A stretch of 64,000 bases of DNA from Rhizodiscina lignyota (taxonomy: Eukaryota), in the NCBI GenBank assembly GCA_010015805.1, contig ML978127.1, positions 1,054,001 to 1,118,000 on the forward strand, read 5' to 3'. A model generated the notes under the pieces. The model did not search any database. It saw nothing but the letters and a program-made list of their open reading frames with translations, and was not told where the DNA came from. Position numbers and translations under genes: made by a program. Position 1 is the first letter of the stretch; each line of letters starts with the position of its first letter. Of the stretch, positions 49,291 to 62,792 are shown in pieces.

Positions 49291-50900
49291 GATCCAAGAG
49301 GGGAAGGAAAGAACAACGGAACTAAATTTAAAGGATGTGAAGTGCAGAACAGGGCATAGTTCAGAAAGTATGCACAAACGGATGGTTGATACAATAGCAG
49401 TTGTGCCAAGCGCGAGTTCTTCAGAAAGCTCCGTTGTAAGAATCTATCGCCGTTTAGATCGTCATGCTTGCCTTCTTAAAAGTTTTTTGTTTGTGATTGG
49501 ACTGGTTTTCAGATACATGCTGAAATGCAACAGTCATAAAGTTGCTGACGTTGTTGGAGTCTTCCGCGGAAAGGGGGTTGTACGGAATGATCATTGGATG
49601 GCTCGACTATCTGCAATGTGGAACCCCAAAGCCTCACAGCTTTACAGACTGCCTCTTCCGGTATAGAGTTTGAGATTGTCGGGAATTTCGACGACCAGCA
49701 GCAATTCAATTAGTGCTCTACCATTATGTATAGTAGATGGATTTAAGAGGAAGATGAAACTCCGCCTTTCGGAGGTCCTTTCTGGCCTGTAACGTTTAGA
49801 GTCTCTTGCATCGCCTTGACTGAATGTCTCCTTCCAGTTAATATTCCTGTATCGAAGGAGCACAGTTGAGAGATCCCATCGCTCGCATTTAGAGTGAGGA
49901 TGGAGTCTTCTGCACCCAGAGCTGAGAGCAATAACGGATTAATGAAGTAACACCGGCGCAGCTTTGGACGAGCGAATGTGGCCGAGAGTGGTATATAAAG
50001 GAGAGACAATCTACCTCATGCGTCTAGATTAAGCATAGAGATCATCCTTTCAATTCCTCTGATCAAGCTTCAAGCACCAACTGCAAATTCCAAGATGTAT
50101 GCCTTTACTTTTCTCGTCCAAGCTCACTTGTTAGGTATCTTTATAAGAAAATGTCATATGGTATTGCTGTAAGAAAGCTGAAACCTAGAATTTACTGTAC
50201 CGCCAAACTGCTGCTCAAGCTTGAAACGGTGGAGTAATCATGCTGTGCAGGGCATTCCCTCTTGAGGAGCCCGGAGCATCGATCATCGTACACACAGAAA
50301 TGGGTTGAAATTGGAAGTTAGGTAATTCAAGGCTGCAGACGACGGGAGTGATCAATCACAATCACATTATGAGATGACGAGGCTTGGCGCCTTGTCCAAC
50401 AAATTCGAAGCTCTGCGCCCGACGCGGAAGCCCGCACGCCTTTGCACGTGTTGCATAATGCATGCGCAACAGCTTCCATGCAAGCGATAAGAACAAAAAT
50501 AGCAGCCCAGAATACGAATCTGAATAATGGAAGATCCTCATGTTGCAGGTGGCTGGAAGAGATGCGGTGCATCCTTTCTCCGCACTCATCCATCCGTTCT
50601 GCCCAGCCACCAGCTTCACCTCGCTCGGTCGCACCAATCGTGCGGCTAGCGACATGCGGGTCCCTGACGTGACGCACCTTCGCAGCCGAAGCACAGGGCG
50701 TCCCTTGCCTGCTTGCTGCTCGCCGCAGCTCATTGCCCACAGAGCCGGTTGCCCCCAGCTCCAGCCTTTTCCCAGAGAGCTTCCGGCAGCTCCAGCTCGC
50801 CCTCCTCCCCCTTCGCCTGGAATCTCACCACCACTTTTCTTCCTCCAACCTTCCCGTCCCCCTCCCCCCATACATTACCTTCGGCCGAGAGACAGCAGCA

Positions 50901-51622
50901 ATGTCCACACGCAAGAGAAAGCAAGAGGAGGAAGAGCTCCAGGCTCTCCCATCCGACGAGGAGGACGAAGAAGAGGAGTAAGTGCCCGCCTTGCTTTGAC
51001 GTCATGCGCTTTTTCCACCCACGTTGTCGCACTGTTGCGCAAACGGGTCAATTGTTGTCGCGGAGTCTTTCTGTATGCATTATGAATTGATTGAATCCAA
51101 TTTTGCCCGCCTTTCTCTCGTCTCGAACTGCTTATTGCTGTTGATTTGCCCCGCAAGGCTGACGCGACCCCTTTTGTGACAGGTATGAAGAGGACGACGA
51201 AGAGGAGTATGATGAGGAGGACGATGAAGAAGACGAAGAAGACGCCGTGGAAGAACCTGCTCGTTCGTTCACCCTCTGAGACCCCTCCAGTGCGCCCAAG
51301 AAGCTCTTCTAACACCGCATCAGCTCCCAAAGCCAAGAAGCAGAAGATTGCCCAGCCTCCTCCCGAAGAGGAAGAGGACGAAGAAGAGCCCGAGGGCGAG
51401 GAGGATGATGAAGATGGAGAACCAGAGAAGGATGATGATGAGGAAGATGATGCAAATGGCGAAGCTGATGGCAAGAAGCCTGTTGAGAAGCCTGCCAAGT
51501 CTGGTGTTGCTGCTCCTCCTGCTGCTGCTCCTGCTGCCGCTGCTGCGAAGGCCAAGGTGGCCAATGCCCCCAAGGAGGCTGATTTGGCTGAGATCGAGGA
51601 CGATGACGATGATGATGAGTAA
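50901..51622 (+). CDS. Small highly acidic nuclear protein (MSTRKRKQ...; histone-chaperone-like composition)
   Basis: Three exons; N-terminal RKRK, D/E tracts, PKAKKQK NLS; pyrimidine-rich leader. Confidence 0.8.
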
Positions 51623-51990
51623 ATGGATCGGTGGACATCTGTGGACGATATCTGAGTGTAATGGGCTTTGGGATATGGCTGGCTCTATAACTCTGGAGGT
51701 ATGATAAGTAACAAAAATCAAGGAAATAGGTCGCGAATTGCCTTCAAGAACCTCTCAATTGTATCTTCCAGTTTGTTCCGGGACATAGGTTGAGGCCTCG
51801 CAGACCGAGTTTGTGCTGCAGCGGCGAAAGAGGCAGGAACGCCAGGCAGCCTCATTCATTTTATCTCTTCAACCTCACTTTCAATCTTTCGACTCCTACC
51901 TCTTCACTACATTCATTGACAGCTCACTACATTCGTTGACAGCCATCAGGTTTCTCTTGCGTTTCAAAAGTCGGCTGTTTATCATTCGCG

Positions 51991-53398
51991 ATGTCAATGG
52001 TACGTGTCCTCTGTATTTGACGCGTTCATCGCGCTTCCGCACCCTTCTAGCTTTCATAGCTGCGGCTTACCCAATTACAGGCGACTTCCCTACCGCAAAA
52101 GAAGATACTGAGCTATGATCCAAGGTCGCGACCCATTGACGCAGTGCTCGATCCCAAGGGCGATGTCGTGTTCGTCGTCGGCACAGGTCAGCCGAAGCTG
52201 ATTCGAGTGTCCTCGCAAGTCATGTCAAAAGCGTCACCTTACTTCCAAAACCTATTTGGTCCAAATTTTGCTGAGGGTGTTGCCCTCAAAAATGAAAAAT
52301 TGTGAGTGCTGACGTAAAACAAAGTAGAGCTCATCGCACTGACAGTTGTCTTAACCTGCAGGGCGAAACCTCTCGAAGTTCCCCTTCGTGATGATCACCC
52401 AGTCGCGATGGAGATCCTGTGCCGCCATATTCATGGAGAGCCCATGCTCGTATTAATTCTCGGAACCCTAGAGCGCCTATCAGTTCTTGCGGATCAGTAT
52501 CTGTGCGTCGACAATATTCGAGCCTCTGTACTCATCTCGTTACGCAGTCTGCTGGGCTCACTCAATGCCTTGTCAATCGATAATTCGGTGAAAGTTCTGA
52601 AAATCGCCCGTATCTTCGAGGATGCTACAACTTTCAAAAAGGTTTCTGCAAGACTTATCTGGATGCTCTCACCTCGAGAGAGCGACCCATGGTCATTTCA
52701 ACCGCAAGAGACGCGTTGGGATGAAATTGGTCTTCAGGATTCCGAGGCTGCTCATATACGCAATGTCGCTTCATACCAGACAAGGCATGCGTGGATTGAG
52801 CTGCATATAGGATTTGACAAGAAGAGGCGCCAGCTTCTAAATCCGCAAGAGGGACAAGTTGGGCAGTCAAGCGCTATGACGTCTGTTACTGGCCCCGGGA
52901 CTGCTTCATGGTCATCAGTCACGGCAGTGTCTGCAAAATTCTGCACTCATCTTGGAGTGTGAGCGAATGCGACTCCCTATTTTCTCTCTATGTTCTCAAC
53001 CTACAGACTTGGCCCTTTTCGAGATCGAGAAGTCCTTAGCATCTCTGAAGAATCAAGATTTCATCAATGCCTGCAATCTACAAGACATTGGTGGGAATCA
53101 TGAAGGTTGCAAAGTTTGTCGATTTGACCTAAAGAATTTTGTCGCAAGCATGGAAGAAAAGATGAAAGAGGAAGTGTCTGGTTTCTGTCTAGGCTGCTTA
53201 CGAGGTGGAGTAGCAGCAAGCAAGCACGGACGAACAGACGACTGTCCGACGAGCAGACACGACCACCACGTTCTTGAAAACGACACTGCAGCGTCAGAGA
53301 GCTTCCGGAAGAGTCATGTTCCATCCATACGTCCGCCGAAGTTCAGAGTGGAATTACGATCCATGTCTAGTTGCGAGCACACCGCTAAGGACACTTGA
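51991..53398 (+). CDS. BTB/POZ-domain protein (frame break or unusual intron near 52860-52960)
   Basis: LDPKGDVVFVVG...IRVSSQVMSKASPYFQNLFGPNFAEG, L.DDHPVAMEILCRHIH, LADQYLC, C-terminal CKVC...GFCLGC. Confidence 0.75.
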
Positions 53399-53808
53399 AT
53401 TTGCTTTGAGCTATGTGAGTTGTGTTTGAAGCTGTGCATTTGAAGCCCAGAATCACTCTCATTACAGTTGTGCTCACCGCCAACTGATTTCTTCTTATGG
53501 AGGTCTGAATAAGGACCTAGAGTTATGCTGCTTTGCTGCTGGAGGAGACTCGGGTCTCAGGAGAAGGTGAATCTCTATGGAACATTCGAGTTATATCTTG
53601 CTTCTCTGGTAAAGGAAATTTCAGCATTGCCCTAATGTCGCCCGTGCTATTTCAGAATAAGACCAATTGTGTTGCGACTCTTTATTCCGATCCAAAATCG
53701 TCCTCTGTTTCATCTGCCTTCTAATCATACTCTCAATTTAAACACTTTGTTGAAACAACAGTAAATCTCCATGATGCTGATCGCGTCGAGATTCCGCCCC
53801 AACTAATA

Positions 53809-54011
53809 ATGGCGGTGTCGCCGACACCGAATGTCTGTGTTGTCTTTGTCTGGGGTGATGCGAAAGACACGAACATTCCAGTCTCGTCATACATACTCTC
53901 TTACGCCTCAAGGTCTTCAGCGCCATGTTCAATGGAAACTTGGCTGAAGCGCAGAACTTGCGAGCAGTCGATTGCAGAGAGTTGTGGATGAGTGTATTAG
54001 CGAGACGCTAG
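53809..54011 (+). pseudogene. Frameshifted BTB-domain relic
   Basis: VVFVWG...IPVSSYILSYAS in one frame continues as KVFSAMFNGNLAEAQ in another after a 1-nt shift at about 53910, then stops at 54011. Confidence 0.6.
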
Positions 54012-56741
54012 AGGATAAATTGCGGATATTTGGCGGAGACGCGGAACGAGTGCTGCACCCAGCAATGGAGGTATGTTGAATTCTCAAGATGGTCGGCGCC
54101 AGCGGAGGACACTCCTGAAGCAACATCTCCACCAACACAAAATCGTAGCGTAGTAGCTCATCATAGCAACACGTGCTGACGTGCGTCCGAGCATTTATTT
54201 CCCTCTATTTTGGAGTCATCAACCTCTTTAACCACTAACTCCGATTGAACTTAACCAATACACCTAGCGCACAAGAGCCACGGTACACTGCAGCTCTCAT
54301 TGGTACGCCGTAGCCGGAGGGCAAACTGCAACGCGTTGGAATGCTGCTCTGGCACCCACACCTTGTAGCTATTCCTTATGGTGGCCTCCCGAGGTCTGAA
54401 GCCGTGGAGTAGTCGATCCGCACTAGATCACATGCAATTGTTTTTGCTGGCGGACGACCTGCAGTAGACACTACATCGAATCCCACACATGACCACAGTC
54501 ACATAGCTGCTGAGGCCGAGGAGAACATTTATCCGACATCGCGGAATGCGCTCGATATCATCAGAGTCGTGAGATTTTTATATCTCATCGAAGCTGATGT
54601 TATCTTAATCCAATGTTGTGAGGACCTCGTCTAGAGCACAGCCAGTGAATGTCACTAAAATAGGTTATATCAACCTTGGCGACGTAATTTCAGGAGCTGT
54701 TGGGTTGCAGATTTTGGCGTGGAGAGTGGACGTTTGGCCAAATTCCCGAGAATTATTCGAAGATGTGTTCGTTGCGTTTGAGCCTCTAGTTGCTCTGCGG
54801 GCGTATCGTCCCATGTCAAGAAGTTGGATGCTCGCACCGGGTCTGCTGGCAACTGCTGCTCCCACTTCTTCCTTCAGGTGCGTTTCTTTATTTCCTTGTA
54901 CGTCCAACATTACTCCATCAGCATCATAGCACACATGCTCAGTGCCTTCTAGTTTTGCCTCTTCCTGCTCATCATCGTCATCAACCGGCTCTTCAAAGAC
55001 ACGGTTGGATGGTACAGGCTCCTCATTAGAGATCAACTCTCCGCGACTATACATTCTCCTCTCTTCCCGACACGAACTTCGTCTATAACTGTCTTGCTCC
55101 TATTCCTCGGATGCTTCGTACGATTCGTTACCGTCCTCCAGGGCAGAAGAGAATCGTGCTAAGATGCACCGTCGCTGGAGTGTGTGGAGGTATATTCGTT
55201 TAAATTTTGTGAACCGAAGGATGATTGCACTGGGCAGGATCATCTTGATCCGAACTGAAGCGCGGGAGGGAGGTGGAGGGAGGTGAGGCAAGAGAACTGA
55301 AGGCAGAGTTCAATGGAGCCCAGGGAGGAGGAGTTGCAATTAGAACCCTGTCAAGCTGTCATGGCCGATATGGAGACTGTAGTACTGGAAATTTGATAAA
55401 GGACGGAATGAGCCTGCACAAGACTGTCGTAGGAGACATAGACGGCTTTGAGAGGAGATATATATCTCTCGACCTACCACAACCGATCCCATGTAGTGGT
55501 CGACAAGTTTTGCGATGGTTTGCTTAGAGGACGGAAATGTATGTAAGTGCAAACTTTTCCATTCTTCTTAGTTGCTTCCATTGATTGATTCGGATTGGTG
55601 AAGAGAGTGGTTGGTTGTTGTAGGTGTGAAGTTTAGGTGCATCTATCCCGATTGTTGGGTGCATGGATAACTAAGTTTGGGTGCTGTCAGGGGCACATTG
55701 TGGCCGAAGCGATGGGATGCCTCGGACTTATGTTGTCGCGCGCACCATTGTCAGCTAAGGGGGCCTGGACATCGACGTCAACGACATCCGGTCCGCTCAA
55801 CAATCTAATGTTCAATATATCTTCTTCAAGGTTAAATACCATTTGAGGACTTTAACTCGATCCAGTAACTTTTTAGGAGTGACACTCACCATGGGCAAAT
55901 TTTTGGAGTCTTTTGGCAGCGACATCAGCAAGTCCAAAGACTTTACGGCAAGGACACCAACAAACGAAACTCTACATGCAGGACGCCGCTGGGATGGAAC
56001 GCTCGTTGATAAGTCAAACAGAGCAGTCACATTTCTTTGCATGTCCATCGCTTGATCGTCGGTGGCTGTCCAATGACCTCTAGATCCTCCTCTGTCGTCG
56101 GCTCGGATTTCCTCAGTTGTCGCCGTTGGCATCCCAAACTTCAGCGCCCCAGATGATTGTAATTTGCTACAAGCATGAGATATTGCAAGGCCAACTACAT
56201 GTTCTGCCTCGGTGCACTAATCTTTGGTCTACAGCAGGGATGTGATCAGATTCTGTGTCTGCTGCTGCTCGTCCCTCTATACTTCACCTTCTTTTATTTA
56301 ACTTTTGACACACATATTCTGCCGAAAGCCTTCATTTCATTGAAATATCTCTCCATTAGGCGCGCGGTTATCCTTGCTACTACTACCTCTTCTTGTCTTA
56401 AGATTGAAATTTATGGTGGCTGGGGAAATACTTTGGCTCCCACCTTTGGCCAGCACAGAACTCTCCAAAACCTTTCCGGACTACTATGGATACTCTCTTT
56501 AAGTTTAAAGGAGCGCGCTAAGTGCACGGTCCCTTAATTCCTTACGCAAAGAACTTAAAGTTTGCCTAACTCTCTTCTCTTCATAATAACCTCTTCTCAA
56601 CAAACTTCTCCTTCTCACAACTCTTTCTCTCAACTCTACGCACTTTAGGTGCACTTGCTTAAATCCCACACCTCTCTCAAACTATTCAATTCACCAACTT
56701 GTTAACGCACTCTTAATTACTCACGCCTCTGCCAACCCAAG

Positions 56742-59185
56742 ATGGCACGTGAAAGTACTAAAGAGATAATTGAAGCGAGTCACTCGATGAATATTCAACC
56801 ATCATAGCGCTAATATGATTTAGATTCTGGATGAGGAAGATCGTGACGAGCTTGAATGTATGAAACCCGACACCCAATCTGACTTGCTCTAATACTGATC
56901 GAAACATCCAGTGTCACCGTTCACCTTGGATGAACTTGAGAGAATTGACCTCACTAACGACGACGACGACAACGATGATGACACTGCAGATGAGCTTATT
57001 GTCACTCATGTGCAAACCAACACAGCGGCACAGCCACGTCGAGTCCTTACACCTCAGCGATGCACCAGATCTATCGCTCGACCATCCATTCCGCGCCGCA
57101 ACCAACCGATTGAACACCCGTTGAATGAATTGGACCATTTCGAGTTGTCTCAACAAACTACGCTAAAACAAGGTCATACGTACGAATTGATAGATGAATA
57201 TGGCGACGTTGGCCAGTTCATTTACGTCCGACACATTATCTTCGACCATCGAACGGCTGAGGTCCTTGTTCGCGGCCTGATTTTGAATCGCAATTCCCGT
57301 CTAAAGAATATGTTAGACAAAAGATTGAACGAAGTCTGCATCTCTGCGGAGGAGGATAGAGACGATCCACGCTCCATCTTTGAGCAGGCAATGGTGGACG
57401 TCCCAGTTGCGGCTATTGGACGAGAACGAGAGCTCGTCTACTCAAGGCGACTTTTCCCTGAAGACTCGTTCCGCTCCTACATTGACATCGATCCGAGTAT
57501 TCCAAAAGAAGATATCAGGCACCACATCTTCAACTACGAGCGGTTAACGTGCCGACGCGTCTACATTAAATCATTTCCAACTGCTCTTGGCCGCGTGAAA
57601 GGTGTCACGCGTAGGGAGATAGAAGAGGAAATCAGGATCCTTTCTGAAAACGCAATTGACGAATTGGCGTCTAAATTGGAACCGAAACCCGAATCGGAAT
57701 CGAACAATGCTTACCAGGATACACCTACTCGCCGCCTATCCACGCGAAAGCGCTTTGAGCGATCGCCCTCCCTAGAGATTTTGGAAGAGTCACCATCCAA
57801 AAAGACTCGTCAACACATGCATATCCCGGCAAACTCCCAGAAACAGCACAGATATACCTACGGCTCAGCTTTCTGCGGGGCGGGCGGGGATTCATGTGGT
57901 GCAGCCCTTGCTGGGGCTGATGTAGCTGCCGGCTTCGACAACTCAGAGGACAGGTGTTCATGCTGGAGCGAAAACAATCCGCGAGGGAGAATCCTCAATA
58001 AAGAGGCATGGGAAGCTTGGCTTGGTTACTTGGATATACTACATATATCTTGTCCATGCAAGTTCTGGTCATTGTTGCACACAAGACCTGGAAAGAACGA
58101 CGAGGCGAATGAAGCATCCCTCTATTCTGTTCGCGCGCTGATCGAGAGAGCAGCATACAGGATCGTGACTTTGGAGCAAGTTCGTGGTTTGATTGTGAAG
58201 CATCGTCCGGTCTTTAACCGGCTGATAAACCAAATCGTGGAAGCTGGGCCAGGTTATTCAGTGAGATGGAAGTTGATGGATTTCAGAGAGTTTGGAGTCA
58301 TGGCGAATCGTGAGCGCCTTATCATAATTGCTTCGAGGTATGCCCTGTCTTCTTTCTTGCACTGCGGAGCAACTGACCCTTAATTCTGAGCAGACGCAAT
58401 GAACCTCTCCCTCCGTTCCCTAAGCCTACGCACGGGGATGCTGCTCCAAGGCACGGATTAAAACCATTCGAGACCATCTGGTCAGCACTATCTCCTCTAC
58501 GCAATGCCCCCTTTGCGAGCCATAATGACCCGCAAAATCCAAACCATTGCAGCATATTCAATGTCGACAAGCTCCGAGAAGGGTATAACCCGAAAGGCGA
58601 TAGGCGTATGCCCTGCATCACAACCAGCGGTGGCGATGTACGTTATCATGTGGTGCAAATATGGAATTTAGAACCATGCTGACTTGTTCCATCTAATTTC
58701 AGGGCAATGTCCATTGGTCAGGTTCAAGATCATTCACCAACCGAGAACTGGCTTGTCTAAACGGCGTTCCAGTCACATTCAAGTTCACAAGTTCAAAACT
58801 CGGAGTGGTCCGTCAGCAAATTGGAGACATGGTTCCTCCACTTGCATGGAAAGCCGTCATTGGAAGTGTTATCAAAACGCTCAAAGCGTTTGATGCTCGC
58901 GAAATTGATAGCGATGGCAACAAAACCGCTATTGCTCCCGGGCAGGCTCTAAGTACCACGACCACGGCCACATCAACTGCACCCACCCTCATGCGGAGGA
59001 TGAGACAGTTGTCTGTCTCCGTTGCAAGCAGTCGAACAATATCTGCCGACCCTCCATCTGACGTCGACAGGAAGGGAAAGAAGCCTGCGGAAACTACTAC
59101 CGACATGAACACGACGGATAAGAGACGTGAGACAATCGATCTCACTGGAGATGATGACGAATGGAACGATGAATATATCATCTGA
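56742..59185 (+). CDS. rid: RID/Masc1-family C5 cytosine DNA methyltransferase
   Basis: Motif I SAFCGAGG, DILHISCPC, GKNDEAN, TLEQV.G, YSVRWK, R.RLIIIAS, EPLPPFPKPTH, CITTSGG, H.SG.R.FT.RELACL, QIGDMVPP. The 5' exons (ATG 56742, introns 56775-56823 and 56858-56911) are inferred. Confidence 0.88.
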
Positions 59186-60476
59186 GTAGTGCGAAGGTCA
59201 ACTTTTGGGGGATTGGCTGGACTCAGATTCGTCCGAACACATTGGAGACAAAATGAGCATGACTTGCCTTCCGAGCGAAAGAGAGCATAAGACGGTGTTG
59301 GCTTCGCAAAGCATCGCGAACACATGAGATTATGAGGGGATGGCATCGAACTCTACGGTTTTGGGATTGAGGAAGCCGTTTTAAGGACCTGAAGATGGAG
59401 TACGGAGCACTGGCTGTTAGCGATTTCGCCCCTTTGGCAGATTTTACCATCATTGTAGTTTTAGAGTCAGCAACTAATTCATGTCTCCGTCTCGAAATCC
59501 ACCCTGCTTCCGTGACCAAAAGATACGTACATACTACTTTTCCCTGGGAGTCTCCCCTTCTTAATTTAGAGAGGGACTTCCAGCACTGCCTGAGCTCGCC
59601 CCGCGATCCTCACTAATGCGCTCTGTGCGCCGACGTGTCCAAGATAATCTACACAACTTCCTCTCTCGGGAGATAGTCGTACAGCCTCGTCGTCTATGCC
59701 TCGTCTATGCAGGTATGTCTACATCAATATACACATCTAGAATTCTGTCAGCAAGGGGGAATGAATAGTAATACAAGGACGCCTCTGGCCGCCCCCATCG
59801 TATGTACAACCGCGCGCCGCTCCGCGGTACCGATATTCCACATCTTACAGTAATTACAGAGCGCCTCTCGCCACCACGGTTCGTGCGTCCCATGCAGGTG
59901 TTTGACTCGCAGGCAAACTCGTACCCGCGATCTCGCGAACTGGTGGTCCCCGAGCGCGAGAGCAACTTCACACGCCCTCAAGAAACGATATTCACAGCCG
60001 AAGGGAAAAAAGTGACCAAGGTCAAACAGCCTATCCTTCGCAGCAAATTCAAGCATAAGGTACAAAGTAAAAGTTCCATGAGGCCCCCCCATCCAGGGCA
60101 GAATGATCTCAAAACCCAGGCCGCAAAGGGCGCTGAGCAACGCCGGCTCGCCTCCCATGGAAGGTTTGACATCTGGCAGCTACTCCACGACTCCATAGCC
60201 AGCCGCCATGCAACAGCCACGTCAAGTGATGTGATATACAAGAGTACTGAATTGTATCAGGGGGGTGTGATATCAGCTTCAAGTTTCTCTCAAACTCAAC
60301 TCCACGCTTCGAAATCATCCGCAACTGGGCCAAAAACTGCAAACAGCTCCAGTAGATGCTCGCCCATGTCCGCATGCATTCTCCATAGCAATATATGCAG
60401 AATGAAGAGCAAACTCAAGCAAAACACGCACACTTCAGACACCTCAACACCTCCGCTGCAACCATTATGATCAATG

Positions 60477-62792
60477 TTACAAAACACCTTCCCACATGCC
60501 AGGCCCTTCCCTTGGCGTCACAACCTCCTTTGCACAGCACGCCCTCTTCCTTCCATCCCTTTGCACTTGCACCGGCAACCTCCTTTCCAAGCACGGCACG
60601 CTTCGCGCAGGACTCTGAAGCTCAAGCCTTTTGCCCAGCACGAAGCTGCTCGCGACAATGTCGTCGACCTGCACGTTTGATCTCGCACCGCAGCCTCTTG
60701 CTAAAGACCGCACCTCCGGAACAAGGAGGTTGCGCACGTTTTGGTGGAGACTGAGGTCGACAGACGAGCGGCCGCGCTTGCGGTTGCGGCTATGCGCATT
60801 CTCATTGACGATGTCTGCAAAAACAGACGACGTCTTGACGTGGGAGGGACTTGCCACCTCGACCTTGAGCGGCGAGCTCATCGAGCTCGTGATCATCGAA
60901 GAATCGTCCGACGCGGTCGACGAGATTGATAGGTACGACCGGGCGCTGTCCATGCGCTCGAGCCTTGCCATGTCGTCTGGGATCGACGGTGCGGGCGTCT
61001 CCACTTCGTGAATGTGAAACGACTCAAAGTCGGGCGAGCTCATCGGTTCAATAGTAATACCATCATCGCCATCCATCATCTCAGCATGGTGACTGACCTC
61101 CTTCGTCGGGCCAAGCCCAGCGCAACGCAGGGTAGCAAGTCGCGCCAACTTCACGGGCGTGGAGATGCAGGCCTGCGCAGTGCCATAAGGCGCCGAGCTG
61201 ACCGACGAGGCGGAGCTGATTGACGAAGCGCGTGATGAGCGCGACGACGCATCTGAGATCATGGACTCGGGTGAGTTATTCATAGTGACAGAGCCAGTGC
61301 TTGGTGCAAGTGAAGGTCTTCGCAAGCTTCCCATGCAGGACCACTGGTCAGCCATACGGTTCGCGAAATTCACCTGAGCGGCCTGCATGGCAGCGCACAT
61401 GCTTGGTCGTCGTGGGCCGGCGGCGCACAGCATACTCGCTGCAGGAGTGCTGGCACCTGAGGTAGACACGGTGGACTGTGGAGTCATTGAAGGAGTCGGC
61501 AATGGACCAAGGCGTGCCGGAGTCGGAGGACGCACGTCGAGGCGTGGTTCGAAGTATGATGGAAGGTGGAAGGGTGCTGTTGGCGTTGGAGTAGACTCGG
61601 ATGAAGCGGAGAGTCCAGAGTTAAGTGGTGTCGGAGTAATAGGAGTCGTTGGGGTTGCTGGTGATGGCGGCGGAAGCGGCCATGTACTTGCTCTTTTTGA
61701 CTGGCATCGTGGAGTAATAGCCACGCCTTCCAAGTCAGGTGTTAGTCGTTGAACGAGCATCTTCCACTCACTCCACCGTGCGTCTATCGATGTGCCGCAA
61801 AGCGGTGAGGACGACGACGGTGTATAGCGCAGAATGATGTCCTGCCACTTTTCGAAGATTGACTCGTGGATGTGCAGCTTCCATTGCACCGCTGTCAAGA
61901 ACGCGATCTCATTCATATTGATCTCGGCGACTTTCAGCCCGGATATTTTACTCCAGGCCCGAGCTGAATAGTTGCGGTCTTGCAGGTACTTAGAGGCCTA
62001 AATAGCGGAGTGAGTTAGCACAGCTTTTGGTTTCATAGGTAGAATAGGTTCGGGTGGGCCATACCAGTATAAGTGCGCTGAGAAACATCCTCCTGCCGCA
62101 CTGTAGACTACGGCAAACCGGTGTGTCTTCCGGCTGGGGGTGCGTAAAGTCATAGTGGGGCACGTGGGCCTTGATAAGAATGAGGTAGTACAGCGCGACC
62201 TGTAGGGTGCTGAAGCTGGTTCTGGATCGACGAAGTGTTTCTTGTATGAAGGTCCGGAGAGGTAGAATACCACTCCTACCGCTTTCCTTTCGGCAGGCGG
62301 GAGCAGAAGTTGGCCAGATCACTTCGACCATTTGTGTTGCGGAGTCTCCAAGAAAGGAACAGTTTAGCAAACTAAAATGGGGACTTATCAGACATTGTGA
62401 AACTCACCAACAAGACAATCAACGAATTGGCCCTTGCGTTCGCTCTGTCGTACGAGCGCCGGCGGCGCACGGTTGCCAGAGAGAGAGCATCGGCGGGGGT
62501 GTTGACGTTGGTCGACTGCTACCGGAGGCGGCAAGACCCGCTTTGCGGTTGTGGGGGGTTCGAGAGACACGCGGCAGGCATCTGAGAACCTCCATGATGC
62601 GTCGCCAGAGCTTGGGGGAATTGAGTCTGAGACGGATGATTGTGATGATTGCGACGAATGGGATGGAGCGTCGACAGAGAAAATAGAAGAAGCCGATGAG
62701 GAGGCGGAGGATGAGAGTGACGACTGGTAGGGGTGCGTTGTCCTTGGGGACGTCTCGCAAGGCGGATGAGGTAATAGGTAGGTAGTGTTCAT
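60477..62792 (-). CDS. Pho85-type cyclin (Pcl/Clg1-like)
   Basis: LPLRTFIQETLRRSRTSFSTLQVALYYL, CGRRMFLSALIL/ASKYLQDRNYSARAWSKISGL...EIN.NE..FL..V.WKLHI; Ser/Pro-rich tails; two introns. Confidence 0.92.

Noticed and set aside
50901..51622. Naming the acidic protein Chz1
   Set aside because: No CHZ motif recognised; composition alone is insufficient.
54100..56540. Fragmentary ORFs (54665-55054, 55812-56132) as genes
   Set aside because: Partly protein-like but could not be joined into a model or assigned to a family.
56490..56740. TA-rich tract upstream of rid as a RIP-mutated repeat
   Set aside because: Short and equally explained as a pyrimidine-rich core promoter; no second copy for comparison.
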